DNA from: Elsinoe ampelina
Lineage: Eukaryota
Reading direction: 5' to 3'
DNA: 64,000 nucleotides
NCBI GenBank assembly: GCA_010093995.1
Contig: ML992501.1
Location: 1,456,566-1,520,565, forward strand
Below the pieces are notes generated by a model. That model ran no database searches. It had not been told where the DNA came from and saw nothing but the letters and a program-made list of their open reading frames with translations. Position numbers and translations under genes: made by a program. Of this stretch, positions 12,613 to 25,124 are shown piece by piece (the stretch's first letter is position 1; the number at the start of each line of letters is the position of its first letter).

Positions 12613-14379
12613 TCATGTCAGACCGAGAAGCTTTTCAAAGACCGCCTTCGCCTTGTCGGCCTCGACTGTCCCCTCCTCGGCATTGCGCATCATCTGGCCA
12701 ACGAAGAACATGACCTTGCCCTTCTGGCCTTTGTCCCTGACCGCAGAGACGGCATCCGGATTTTGGTCCAGGATCTCTTGAGCGAGGCTCTGGTATTCCG
12801 GGTCGCTCATCGGTCGCAGCTGAAGATTACCCTCCATGATCAGGTCGTCGACAGACTTTCCAGGCGCTGACCCTTCAAAGCAAGTTTGAAGCAGCTGCTT
12901 CGCCGATCGTCCGGTGATCTGCTTGAGCAGAAGGTGGTGTAGAATAGCCGACAAATCCGTTGTAGATACCTTCATTTCCTCCCACTGCAAGTTTTTTGTT
13001 GTGAGAAGACCGCCAATCTCGTGAAGTACCCAATTCGCCGCCGCTTTCGCGATCTTTACCTCGTTCAAGCCTTTCTGCTTCATGCCATTCTCCCCAATCA
13101 CTTCCTTGACCAACCCTGATACCTCCGCTGCAAATTCCAACCTCTCCCCGTCATCCAGTCCGAACAACGTCCAAGCATCCTTCTCACTCAACCCAAAATC
13201 CATTTTGACCCTCTCCACCGTCTCCTCCATCCCCTCCGGCATCGTCCCCCTCACCACCTCCACCACTTCCTCCCCTACCCACACCGGTCCCAAATCCGGA
13301 TCCGGCATATACCTATAATCCACCTCCCCCTCCTTCCCCCTCAACCTCGTCGTCTCACTCCCCCCCACAGTCCAACCCCTCGTCTCCCCCTCCACCATCC
13401 CTCCCCCCTCCAACACCCTCACCTGCCTATCCCTCTCCGCCCTCACCGCCTCCTCCACCGCCCGAATACTATTCAAATTCTTAATCTCCGTCCTCGTCCC
13501 CAACCCCTCGACGCCCGCATACCCCATCCCCATCCCCTCGCTCCCCCGCCTCCGCACACTGACATTCACATCCGCCCGCAAGTCACCCCTGTCCATGTTC
13601 CCCTCGCACGCATCCACATGCCGCAAAACATCCCTCACTTTCCTGACAAACGCCGCGGCCGCAGACGGGGAGTGGATATGCGGCAGACTGATGATCTCCA
13701 CGAGCGGCGCCCCCACCCGGCTCAAGTCGAGTAAATGCTGCCCCGTCGTGCCGGGCGGGGAAATCGATTTCGCAGTGTCCTGCTCGAGTTGGATCTGCTT
13801 GATGCCGATCCGCACTTTGCCCGTGTCGCCATCGATCCCGGGATCATTGGGTAGATCGTGCCTCCCCAGCGTCACGCACCCGGAGAGCGCGAACGGGGCG
13901 TAGTACTGCGTTATCTGGTACCCCGCGGGTTGGTCTTGGTAGAAGTAGTGTTTCCTGTCCCAGCGCGAGGAGGGCTGGATGGTGCAGTTGAGGGCGAGAG
14001 CGGCGCGGATGGCGGGGAGGAGGACGGAGGGTTGGAAGTGGGGTTGGGTGCCGGGGAGGGAGGCGTCGAAGGGGGCGACGTGCGTGTTTGGGTGAGGGGA
14101 GAGGTGGAGGGGGGCGGGGGAGAAGAGTTTGGTGGCGGCGTTGAGGCGGGCGTGGATTTCGATGCCGACGGTGAGTTCCCAGTTGGAGGAGGGAGGTTCG
14201 GGGGAAGGGGTCTTGGGGCTGGATTTGAGGTGGCGGGCTTTATCCTTGAGTTGTTTGCGGAGGGGTTCGGAGGTGCTTGTTTGGTGGCTGCGGGCGAGGG
14301 GTGGGAGACATCTTGTGATTATGACTCGATTGGATGATAGTATACTGCGTATATTGAAATTGTTAATGGCACGACGCAT
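12613..14379 (-). CDS. PET112: Mitochondrial Glu-tRNA(Gln) amidotransferase subunit B
   Basis: VGIEIHARL..KLFS, DRKHYFY.D.P.GYQITQ, QLEQDTAKS, RADVNVSV, EIKNLNS, DYRYMPDPDL; C-terminal GatB/Yqey-like FFVGQMMR. Confidence 0.95.
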   Translation of the reverse strand: MRRAINNFNIRSILSSNRVIITRCLPPLARSHQTSTSEPLRKQLKDKARHLKSSPKTPSPEPPSSNWELTVGIEIHARLNAATKLFSPAPLHLSPHPNTHVAPFDASLPGTQPHFQPSVLLPAIRAALALNCTIQPSSRWDRKHYFYQDQPAGYQITQYYAPFALSGCVTLGRHDLPNDPGIDGDTGKVRIGIKQIQLEQDTAKSISPPGTTGQHLLDLSRVGAPLVEIISLPHIHSPSAAAAFVRKVRDVLRHVDACEGNMDRGDLRADVNVSVRRRGSEGMGMGYAGVEGLGTRTEIKNLNSIRAVEEAVRAERDRQVRVLEGGGMVEGETRGWTVGGSETTRLRGKEGEVDYRYMPDPDLGPVWVGEEVVEVVRGTMPEGMEETVERVKMDFGLSEKDAWTLFGLDDGERLEFAAEVSGLVKEVIGENGMKQKGLNEVKIAKAAANWVLHEIGGLLTTKNLQWEEMKVSTTDLSAILHHLLLKQITGRSAKQLLQTCFEGSAPGKSVDDLIMEGNLQLRPMSDPEYQSLAQEILDQNPDAVSAVRDKGQKGKVMFFVGQMMRNAEEGTVEADKAKAVFEKLLGLT

Positions 14380-14504
14380 TGCTCGATGTCGAGCGTCGGG
14401 TTGATGGGAAACAGTGATTGAGGTATGGCAAATGTATGAAGTCGAAGCGAAGGCTTGGCAGTATCGAAATAATGGCAAAATGCACTTCGACTGGAGAGCG
14501 AATA

Positions 14505-15801
14505 TTATGATTCGATAGACGCTACTTCAACTTTGGCATCTTTGCCATTCTCAGACCCCGAGTGTTCAATAATGTTTATCACCAACATCTTCAACTCCGA
14601 CCATTGTGGTCCCAACGTGGGTATAACCGCTCCAGCCAGAGCCTTCCCCAAGCCCCTTGCCCACCAGAAACCATCCAAATCGTGTATTATGGCACCCATT
14701 ATAGCTAGTATAGCATCTCCAAGATTCGTGCGTCTCTGCAAGAGATCTATAGAAGGTCCCTCGAACTGGCACAGCCACCTAGCTACCTCCAGAGGCCCAA
14801 CATACTTGAAGTGAAACAGTCGATCAAGGGCCTCGATAAGCTTGAAATATGCCGGTCTATCGTCCAATGGCTCGTATGATACACGATCATAGAGAGACTG
14901 AATGACGCGCACTGCATAGTCTGCAGGTTCCTCGGTCGTCTGGTCTTTGTTCCTACCAGTCATTGGCGCGAATGGGCCATCGCGCACTACGGCAATAACA
15001 TGATGGCTGACACTGACAATCCCGATCCACATGCGACAGGACTCCAGCAAGTCCGTTATGGCGTTATGTGATGATTTGTCTGCCATTGCAAGAGCCGTGA
15101 CTGCGGCGAAGATGGCGAACATGAATAGCGCTGAGCACTTGTCGTCAGAGATGTCGGCAAGCGCTATGCGATAGTGCCGCAGAGCTGTAGCATAGTGACT
15201 TGCTGCTAACGCTCGCCACGGACTTGGACCGGGAGGGACTCGTTCATACTCTGCGTGTAGTGCTGATAGTGCTAGGACGCCGTGAAGTAGAAATGGCTGC
15301 TTGAGACCTTCCCCGACCACGCGACATCGGAAGACATCTTCAAGGTCGGGTAGAGCGGTGACTGTGTGAGCTGCATACTGAGACCAGTGATGGAGTAACC
15401 GAAGGTCATCGAGAGATTCTGGTCTAAAGGTAGTATCACCAACGTCGGGAATTGGAGCAGGCTGTGTCTGATTGCTGGTCGGGGTCCTGGCAGGTGAGCG
15501 ACCCGACACAGTGGTCGAGGGCGATCCAGCTGACTTGGGCTGCTTCTGATCGGAATTCTTATTGACAAACTTGGAGACAGGGACGATGCTGAAGGTGTTG
15601 TAGGAGCAGGTCGCCCCCCTAGCAGTGCATGCCACACAGGTGGGATGTGTCTCGTCACACTTTGCAGATCGTTAATCAATGGCTACATGAGGACCTGGAC
15701 GTTGCATAAAAACATACTTTTATCCTTCTCCGCTTGCACTCGACGCAACCCAAGTGGGATTTTCTGTGTGCCTTCCGGGTTCCTGTCCGTGAACTCGCCA
15801 T
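14505..15801 (-). CDS. Zn(II)2Cys6 transcription factor (Upc2/sterol-uptake-control-like architecture); intron 15660..15717
   Basis: Spliced N-terminus MASSRTGTRKAHRKSHLGCVECKRRRIK|CDETHPTCVACTARGATCSY is a complete C6 cluster. DLRLLHHW and PFLLHGVLALSALH match the fungal TF domain. Confidence 0.88.
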
Positions 15802-16805
15802 TCGTGCCGTAGCTTCCAAATGATCGAGTCTGCATCACGCTCGACTTCACGAGATCAAGTATTCCTTGCAGCACGCTTTGTCCTCATGATTGAGGTTGTC
15901 GCCTGAGAGCTGTGTTTTCCAGAGGAAGGCGGACTGCGCCGAGACGTGGTTGAACTGGCAAAGCGGCTAAATTGCCCGATCGGGTTGTGTATGCGACTGA
16001 CGGTGGACCGAGCTCAATTCTTGCCCTGGATGACCTTTGTGGTTCGTTTCGATCTTCGTGTTCTCTCCATCCATCACGTCTTGAACTGGACAGGGACCCT
16101 TGAGACCTCTGCGGCTGTGTTCACGATTGCCGCGTCACCTCGTCGAGTCCAAGGCCGCATTGTCCTCTAGACCAAGCTCGACGCCGGCTGCCTGATGCTT
16201 CACCGAGAAGGACACCAGATCGAAGTGACTTTTGACGGATGTTGCGGAACGTTGTCGTCGTTGTTGGACGGAGGACAGCGACCTCCAGACACGACAACGC
16301 GTCGACCACGTAGGGCCAAAAGCAGAGCTGCATCTGCAGATGCGGCATCGGCCAAAAACCGTTCCAAGAGCTTCCGCACCCTCCATCACGAGCTGTGCCT
16401 GTCAAAGTACACGGCCTGAGGCTTGGTGCCCCGCATTAAGCACCATACAGCTCTCGTCCTTTCTCTATCCTGCCACCAGTAAGACTAAGGTTGACTGATC
16501 GATCCACCTTTTCTTCCATTTCTGTCTCCAAGCTGCGCGGCATCCGCTCACATCTCACCAAGCTTCACCAACCATTTCAAAACCCACCCTGCGTTGAAGA
16601 ACTTACCTGCTCCCACCTAACAATTCGCTACCTACCACGTCGTACCTAGCCACTCCTTCATCTGCACGACTCTTTCATCCGCACCACACTCGCTTGAACG
16701 GCGACGAGCCGCATTTGACAGCCCCTTCGCCACTTTCACCATCACACCGGACGGTCCGGGGTTGATTGCTCAATTCAACGTATCGCTCTTTATACCACCT
16801 TCGTC

Positions 16806-17054
16806 ATGGCTGGCATTGCCCCCGGCGCGGTCATCGTCCTCGCGCTTGTTGGCGGCGGCTTTGTCGTCCTCATCGCCGCAGCCATTCACAAGACCATGAG
16901 CAGACGAGTAGAACGCAATCCCATGACGAGAGCTCCTGATCAGGAAAATTACATGCGCGAAGTCCGGCAAGCGAATCTCGACAGACTGACGCCAGCGTAC
17001 CTGAAGCCCGGAACGTTCGTTCTCACGCGAGGCACTCGCGACTCTCCAAGCTGA
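16806..17054 (+). CDS. Small single-pass membrane protein (82 aa), unknown function
   Basis: ATG start, hydrophobic PGAVIVLALVGGGFVVLIAAAI segment, then a QENYMREVR motif. Lies in an otherwise empty intergenic space. Confidence 0.6.
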   Translation: MAGIAPGAVIVLALVGGGFVVLIAAAIHKTMSRRVERNPMTRAPDQENYMREVRQANLDRLTPAYLKPGTFVLTRGTRDSPS

Positions 17055-17361
17055 CATGCTATGCAGGACATACAGCATGCCATACAGCAACCCTTACACA
17101 GACGGAAGTTCTCGAGTGTAGATGCGTTTCTGCTCTACCCTGAACTTCCGCGCATCTCACGACCGATCACGATTACGCATTCTTTTGTCTTGCTGGCAGC
17201 ATGATATAGGGCTTTTCCATTTATCATGATGGCATGGACCTCCTAACATTAGGCGCTTTGTAAAAGTCTATATACCCATTCAATCGATTGACGCCATCAA
17301 CTCATTCCATCCGATTTTCTATGTCATGACCGGCTATGTACACTTCTCCTCTGGTTGCCAT

Positions 17362-18693
17362 TCACAGCTTTGATACAGCCGGCAACCTCAACAAATCTGG
17401 ATAGACGGTTATGAACTCCCGCACCGCTCCGACAAAGCCTTTCAGCTCCTCATCCTCCAAAGCCAGACTCAGCGCAATAAATCCCCTCCTCGCGATATAA
17501 TACCCCTTACTCAACAGGAACAAATGCAACACATCCCCCAACCCCCTATACTCCTCCCCCACATCCGCCGGCTTCCTAATCCCCTCACCCTCCCTCGCAG
17601 AAAAATGGATATTCATCAACGACCCCTTCCCAGTAACCTGCAACAACGTCCCCCTCCCCACCTCCCTCAACTCCCGCCTCAATCTCTCCCCCCTCTCATG
17701 CAACTCCTCCGCCCTGCTCGGCGTAAACACCTTCTCCAACCCCGCACACCCCGCCGCCATGGTCAGCACGTTATTATTAAACGTGCCCGCATGCGCCAAC
17801 GCCCCTTTCCGCCGCGGATCGAACAGCTCCATGATGTGCTGTATCCCCCCGAACGCGCCAAACGACATGCCGCCGCCGATGTACTTCCCCAACGTCGTGA
17901 GGTCAGGCCGGAGATGGAGAGGGAGTTGGGATTGGATGCCCCCGCCGCTATGCATGCGACTCGTCATGACTTCGTCGTAGATGAGGACCGCGCCGGTCTG
18001 GTTTGCCAGATCGCGGAGGCCGGTGAGGAAGGCGACGTCGCCGGGGATGGCGCCGCCGGAACCGAGCATTGGCTCCACGAGAATGGCTGCGAGGGAGGAC
18101 TTGTTCTCTGGAGCGAGAGCGAGAGATTGCGCGGAGGCGAGGTCGTTGTATTCTGCTATTAGGAAGGGGAAGGGGGCGTTGACGGGACTGCTCACGCCGC
18201 CGCCGAACGCAAAGGCGCCGCCGTGGTAGCCGCCGCTAAAGACGAGGGTTTTGGTCTTGGAGGTGTAGGCGCGGGCGAGGGCTAGGGACATGAGGGTCGC
18301 TTCGGTGCCGGAGTTTGTGTACCGGATGAGGTCGATGCTGGGGAAGCGTGCTTTGATTAGTGTGGCGAGTTTGGCTTCGTTTTTGTTGTGGCCGCCGTAG
18401 TTGAGGCCGCGGTGAACGGCGTTGGTGATGGCTGAGAGGATGGTGGGGTCCGAGTGGCCGTAGAGGCCGGCGGTGTATTCGCCGAGTAGGTCAGTGTAGA
18501 CATGACCGTCTGTGTCGTGGAGTTTGGAGCCGACAGCTTTGGAAATAGAAAGGGGGAAGGGATGGTAGAAGAGGACGGTGCGGGTGTTGCCGCCGGGCAG
18601 GGGGGTGGTGGCGGCTTCGTGGATGGCTTTGCTGCGCGGGTTTTGTGTAATGAAGGAGCTGGCCAGGGTATTGTATGCTGCTGTTCCGGCCAT
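17362..18693 (-). CDS. PLP-dependent class III aminotransferase (glutamate-1-semialdehyde aminomutase / beta-amino-acid transaminase-like), PTS1 SKL
   Basis: LPGGNTR, NSGTEA, GGYHG, ILVEP, LIYDEVMT, LGKYIGGG (PLP lysine), HAGTFNNN; ends VSKL. Confidence 0.9.
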   Translation of the reverse strand: MAGTAAYNTLASSFITQNPRSKAIHEAATTPLPGGNTRTVLFYHPFPLSISKAVGSKLHDTDGHVYTDLLGEYTAGLYGHSDPTILSAITNAVHRGLNYGGHNKNEAKLATLIKARFPSIDLIRYTNSGTEATLMSLALARAYTSKTKTLVFSGGYHGGAFAFGGGVSSPVNAPFPFLIAEYNDLASAQSLALAPENKSSLAAILVEPMLGSGGAIPGDVAFLTGLRDLANQTGAVLIYDEVMTSRMHSGGGIQSQLPLHLRPDLTTLGKYIGGGMSFGAFGGIQHIMELFDPRRKGALAHAGTFNNNVLTMAAGCAGLEKVFTPSRAEELHERGERLRRELREVGRGTLLQVTGKGSLMNIHFSAREGEGIRKPADVGEEYRGLGDVLHLFLLSKGYYIARRGFIALSLALEDEELKGFVGAVREFITVYPDLLRLPAVSKL

Positions 18694-19809
18694 ATCGATG
18701 ATATAGGTCCACGATGTACTATATGCTGAGGAATTCAAGAGCCATCAAGCTCTATATGGCGTCGCTGCATAGATAAGATTCAATGCTGGAACCACGGAGC
18801 TCGGAGTTCGGGTTGCTATCGACGAAGGCGGGGGCATAACTACTCCTATCTGTCAGATTTACTCAAACTGATCATGCAGTTGCAAGATAGTCACATAGGG
18901 CATGCTTGCCGTACCAATGGCGTGTGGTGTCAGCTTGTGGTCAGGCGCTCCAAGAAAGCGTGGTATGGTTCGGAGAGTGAGGTTTTGTTCGCACGACATC
19001 CCACAATTATAGCCGTGTGCGAGGAGCCAGGGCTGCCGCCGCGCATGTGTTGTCTGCTCGAAATCTGACCTGCCTTGATCGAGTCTTGTGACCTGTCAAA
19101 TTGGTCCGTTTTCTGATATGGCATCGCTAGGAAACCCTGCGAATAAGAGCGTCAAGCGAATTTGGCGACACGTGACGATTAGCCGAGGTTGCGATCCGCA
19201 GGTTGGTATACAAACGGACGTCACGATTCAGCCTACCTGGACCTTCGTCCACAACCCAACATCCAGGTTCTCGCTTCACGGCAGCAACAGGGAGACAAAG
19301 CAAAGTTGACTCGAGCAAGCGTTGTCACTACCTTGCGGTGACTACTAAGCATGTACTCTGTGCGTTGAGACCACAAAGATTCGACCGGAAATGCGGATTT
19401 GTCTTTTGCTGTAGTAACACCGCCCAGGGCGCGGGATCGTGAGCGAGGCAATGCACGGCAAGTGTAGCATTTGTATATCCCGGGTTACAATCAGGTAGCG
19501 TGTCTGCCACTGGGCGGCGGTACAGCGAGACTTTCCTTGCAATGGCGTCTTGGCTTCTGCTTTTCCGGCGGTGGATACAATTCCGGAACGCACTCCTGGT
19601 GGCGTCTCAGGTGAGGATAACCAACTCTCCTTCACCTTCTCCGGTTTCTCCAGATTGCATCTCCGCACCCCCGCATCCCCACCCCTAGTCAGTCCGGGGT
19701 CTACGACGTGGTGTTGCTATATAGTGTTACCAGTCGAGCATGTAAGATTCTAAGGTTTGGGCCAACAGTATCCTACTACCCTCCCTGGACCCTCTAGACA
19801 GCGGCAGCC

Positions 19810-21520
19810 ATGGCGCACCACGGAGCCAGAACATCGATGACCTCGATTGACAAGGACATGGAGAAGGTCTCCTACGTCGAGGCTGCCAACAGACTCGCAA
19901 ATCTAGGTATCTCAGACGACGATGCCGAATTCTACGAGACGTTCCCGGAGGAAAAGTTCAAGAAGATGCTCAGAAAGATCGACGTCAGACTCGTACCGGT
20001 CCTCGCGCTTCTCTACCTGGCTGCACACATTGACAGAGCCAACATCGGCAATGCAAAGATCGAGAGAATGGACAAGGATTTGGGACTTGACGGGATCAAA
20101 TACAACATTGTGTCAGTATCATGACATTCGTCCACTAAGCCTCGTCTGACATGACCAACAGTCTGAGTATCTTCTTCGTACCATACATCCTGCTGGAAGG
20201 TGGATACACCCCTCGATAAGACGTTCTCGAGCTAACATGGTATAGTGCCATCGAATATCATCTTGAAGAAGTTCAAGCGGCCTAGCACGTATATAGGCAT
20301 CCTGGTTGTATCTTGGGGAATTGTTATGACCTTCACTGGTCTGGTCAAGAACTTTGCTGGTCTCATGATCTGTCGTGTTCTCCTGGGTATCGCTGAAGCA
20401 GGATTTTTCCCAGGTGCAGTCTACCTGATCACAAGATGGTAAGTAGAGAACAATGGAAGTCACTCAGGACTTGGAGCAAGAGGCTGATCATAACTCTAGG
20501 TACGGTCCACGTCAGGTGCAGACAAGAATCGCTCTTTTCTACTGCGCCTCAGCTCTCTCGGGAGCTTTCTCAGGTCTTCTCGCCTTTGCTATCGCCAAGA
20601 TGGACGGCGTTGGTGGTCGTCCAGGCTGGGCCTGGATCTTCCTCCTTGAAGGCATTGCCACAGTCATGATCGGCGGGTTCTGCTTCTTCATTATGCCAGA
20701 CACCCCGGCTCTTTCCGGGCGCTGGCTCAACAGCGAGGAGATGCGCTACCTGGCGATCCAAACTGTCATCAAAGATGGCGGTAGAGCCACCTCCGAGAAG
20801 GGCGACAAGTTCAAGTGGTCCTACCTCACCGACCTCCTTACCGACTACAAGCTCTATCTCCAAGCCTGGATCCTCTTCACCGCCTCCGTGTGCGCCTATG
20901 GTCTCAAGTTCACCATGCCCTCCATCACCAAATCCATGGGCTACACTTCCTCTCAAGCCCAGCTCCTCACCATCCCACCATATGTCGCCGGTGCCATCTC
21001 TGCCGTCTGCCTCTCCAAGCTCTCCGATCGCTTCCAATGGCGCTACCCTTTCATCATGGGTCCCATGGCCACTGTCCTCCTCGGCTTCTGCATCCTCCTG
21101 CCGCTCGCTAAGAACATCACCACGCAGATCGCAGCGTGCTACATCGGTGTCATGCTCATTTGTATTGGACAGTACCCTACAAACCCTGCCGGCTCGGCGT
21201 GGATCTCTGGCAACTTGGCAGGCGACTCCAAGCGAGCCATTGGTATTGCGTTGAACATTTGCATTGGCAACTCAGGCGGTATCTTGGGAAGCTACATGTT
21301 CCTCGACTCGGAAAAGAACAAGGGATACCCCACTGGATTTGCCATTGGACTGGTGTTTGCGGCACTAACGCTGGTGAGCACGAGTATATTGGAGTGGAGC
21401 TATTGGAGGGTCAACAAGCAGAGGGATGCAATGGATGAGGATCAGGTCAGGAGGGAGTACAACGAGGAGCAATTGGCAAGGATGGGGGATAATAGTCCTT
21501 TGTTTAGGTACAAGCTGTAG
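19810..21520 (+). CDS. MFS transporter, allantoate/nicotinate (Dal5/Tna1, ACS family); 3 introns (~20112..20161, ~20200..20245, ~20439..20499)
   Basis: KIDVRLVP..LYL...DRANIGNAK, RVLLGIAEAGFFPG, WIFLLEG, LLTIPPY and a terminal PLFRYKL. Confidence 0.92.
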
Positions 21521-21930
21521 TGCGAGAGGGGTGCGCGGATCGCTGATAGCGTTGATGTAAGAGAAGATGTTTCACGGCAGACAATGCTCAGCACGAATCC
21601 TGCATTGTTCCTGCATCGCCCGATGGTTTGTGACAAGTGGACCTTGCTGTGAAGGTCGTCTGTTTTGCCGCGGGCTGGCGGTTCATCCCGCCCTGCTTCC
21701 CACCTCACTCGGCCATTCAGGATCCCCTGAATGCGCGCAATGATGCCGGGATGTGACAATTAGCATGTGATAGCATGTAATAGCACGTCAACGAAGTTCT
21801 GGAATGCACTATAATTCCTACAAGGCAAGAATATGTGTAAAACCTGGATTCTGAACCTTGACTACGTGTGCCATGCCCAAGTGCCACATATGCCCCCCTT
21901 GCCACTCACCCTTGACGGTACTTGTACGCC

Positions 21931-23942
21931 TCAGACACTCACCTTCTCATTCCTCTCCTCATCCCTGCCCTTCTCGCTTTCGACCACACTCTGTTTCCTC
22001 TTGTATTCCTCCGCAGCGGCCTTGAAACTCGCTCCTCCGGCCAAACTGCCTGACCGCTCGATATCGGAGAACTTTACGGCGGGCCTGTACTCTGCACTCT
22101 TCCAAGCTTTGTTGACAGTCTGGTAGAGTGCATCGACTTCCTCCAGAGACAGTCCTTTGGTCTCGTAGATGAAGAACCAGACGAAAATGGTCGCGATCAC
22201 GCAGAAGCCTCCCCAGATGAAAAAAATCTCAGTTCCTAGGCCGGCGTACGTCTCCTGAGTGAGATAGGGGGTTATAAATGCCAAGAGCCAATTGAAAAAC
22301 CAATTTGAGCTGCAATTGGATGTTAATTGGAGTTGTTATGATGGTATGAAGCCAAAAGTGGGAAATTTGGGAAACTTACGCGGTGGTCATCGACAAGCCC
22401 TTGGCACGGTATCTCAAGGGGAAGATCTCGGAGGTGACGACCCACGCTACTGGTCCCTGTCAATTGTTAGCATACATATTGCGTAGTGCTGCCGTCGTGG
22501 TCGAAAACGTGAGCCGTATGCTTGGCGGGCTGTCTTGGCGGAAACAGCCCGTGGCGGCGAGAGATCGGGATGAAACTTACCCAACTAGCGGCGAAGAAGA
22601 AAATGAAGAAGCAGACGAAGGCAATGAGGGCGTTTTGGGCCGGTCTGTTGGTCTCGTCGGTCGTAAGACCGATGATTGCCACGATGAGTTGGGAAACGCC
22701 CATTCCGACCGCTCCAATGAGCAAAAGTGATCTGCGACCGAGAGCTTCGACTGCCCAGAGACCTGGAAGGGTAGATACAACGTTGACTGTGTTGATAATG
22801 ACCTGGATGATGAAGGGGTTGATTTGACCTGGTGCGTCTCCGAATCCGGCTCGGGTGAAGACTAGCAGGTTGTCAGTACTGACCACAACCTCGTAGTGTC
22901 GTCGACTAACAAGTTGTGCCGTAATAAATGATGAAGTTGATTCCAACAAGCTGTTGAAGAGACTGAAGAGACATTCCGGTAAACAGGCGCTTCTTCATAG
23001 GTCCAGTGACAAGCTCGACCCATCCGGACTGGCCTATGGACATCTCATAGCGATACGCAGCCTCGTATTCAGCAAGCTCTTCAATAATAGACTCGTGATC
23101 AATCGGCAGTCTTCGCAGCCTCGAGAGGGACTTGGCTGCCTCGTCGTGCTTATCTTTCTTGATCAAAAATCTTGGGGTTTCGGGCAGAACGAGAAGACCA
23201 CCAGTGAGGATGAGAGACCAGGCAAATTGGACGGCTAGAGGGATACGGTAAGAACCAGAGTCATTGCGGTCCTTCGTGGCATAGCTGACAATTGCAGCGA
23301 GGAAAAGACCGATCGTGATTGCTAGCTGATAGGTGCCTGTGACGGTGCCGCGGATCCACTTGGGGAGAGTCTCGGACTGGTACATTGGGACTTTGAGGAT
23401 TAGCAGAAATACCCATGCAGTCGGAATAGTGCCATCTTACTCATTGCAGAGACCAGGCCTACCCCATAACCTGCGAAGAAGCGTCCCGATTGGGCTATTA
23501 GTTGGCTTCAGTATCACAGCGGTCTCAACGTACCATGATGAACATGTTATCCTCTGTAGACGCTGTCTGGAGGATGACTCCGAGGTTGAAGGGGGCTGCG
23601 CACGCGAAGATCAATCCCCAGCGACGACCGAGGATATCTGCTACGAAACCGGCTGAGAGAGCACCGACGAAGGTGCCGATAGAGAGGACAGATACAATGA
23701 GAGAGATTCGTCCCCGTCCTGCAGGATCCTCGAATTCATTGATCCAGTATGGCATCTCTTGAATTCCACTGATCGTACCGGTGTCGTATCCAAAGAGAAC
23801 ACCTTGTAACGAGCTCAGCTTCACCTCTTGGAACTGTTAACGTGAAATGCTTACCTCCAAAGGCGACGAAGAGGCCGACTACAATAGCAGGCCATGCTGC
23901 TCCAGCTTCGCCCTCGGGGCGCTTAATAACAGTGATTGCCAT
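21931..23942 (-). CDS. Sugar porter family hexose transporter/sensor (RCO-3/Snf3-like), multi-exon
   Basis: AFGG|VLFGYDTGTISG, LGRRWG, YQSETLP, PETPRFL, QQLVGINFIIYYG, GPVAWVVTSEIFPL, ETKGLSLEEVD. Confidence 0.93.
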
Positions 23943-25124
23943 AGCGAGCAAACTCGGTCGACTGGTATGGGGAGAGTGTGAAGAGCAGTGCACGAGAAAC
24001 AGTACCGAGTCCTTCGACAAATGACACAGTGAAAGCTCGGGGTATGCATAGATTATAAACCCCCACCACGGAAAACATGAAAGGATTGCAGATCTCCCAC
24101 CGTCTGACACCTACCCTGCACAAGGTAGCATGCACACCAAGATCCTCGTGAAACCCAAACTCCACCAGCGGCCATGATCCATCGAGAAACAAATTGAGGT
24201 TGAGCAGTGAGATCATACGGACCAACTCCCCCCTCCCAGCCCGCTAAAGATCCGACGGGCTCGTGCACGCGAATAAATCAAGCCTCGAAAGCAGGCACAA
24301 ATCCCGACATGCACCCGAGCCCATATCTCAGCCATGATTCGCTGTTCAGCAGCCCAAACGACTCCACTGGGGGATTTGTAGGGCGGCGGAGCTACGTCAC
24401 AGGATGGAGAGAGGTCGAGGGCGGACCGATGACATCGGGCCGGCAGATTTCTTGGCCCTCATCAAGGGCTGAACTCTGTTTTCGGCCAAGCGACTCACGG
24501 GCGAGCTTGTTTCGTCGTCGTCATGGGGCTCGTTGGATCCACTGCTGAACCATTCGACGATGTCTTCCACGGTGCTTCTGGCGGCTGATCGTATGTCATT
24601 GCTCAACGAGTGCAGTGTCCCGGCGCAGGCTCAACACGCACTAGGCATGCATGGGCGAGGTCTGGAGATTAAGCTGGGGACGAAGGGACACACCCATGGG
24701 GAGAAAGAGGGTCAACAAATGCACTCCCGGTCAACAAAGCGGCTACTCTCGAGGTCAACAGTCACATGCTGGAGATTGTCCGTTTCTTGGCTTTGTGGTC
24801 AGGCCTGGTAGCGGGCGCGCGCGAGGGGCGGACAAGCCTTCCGCAGCCACGTCGAGTCTGATCGCGAGATCTGGCGCGGCATCTGCGATTTGTGCTGGTT
24901 TGTGAGCCTGGCCAGCGAAAACAATCCTGCGTTTGAAAGCCACACACACCGGGCAGTCGTCATGGCCAAGTTGACAGACCATGGGGACTCCACGAGATCG
25001 TTGGGACAGGTGACAGGATCGTGCGGGGTGCATGAACGGTTGTCAAAAGGAACGAAGATGAGGGTTGGTTGTGCATTATTCGTTATTGATTGTCCATGTG
25101 CTGCTAATGAGATCTCGGACCGAC

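Noticed and set aside
15660..15717. Frameshift or broken zinc cluster in the C6 transcription factor
   Set aside because: Resolved by a GTATGT..AAG intron that restores the full six-cysteine motif.
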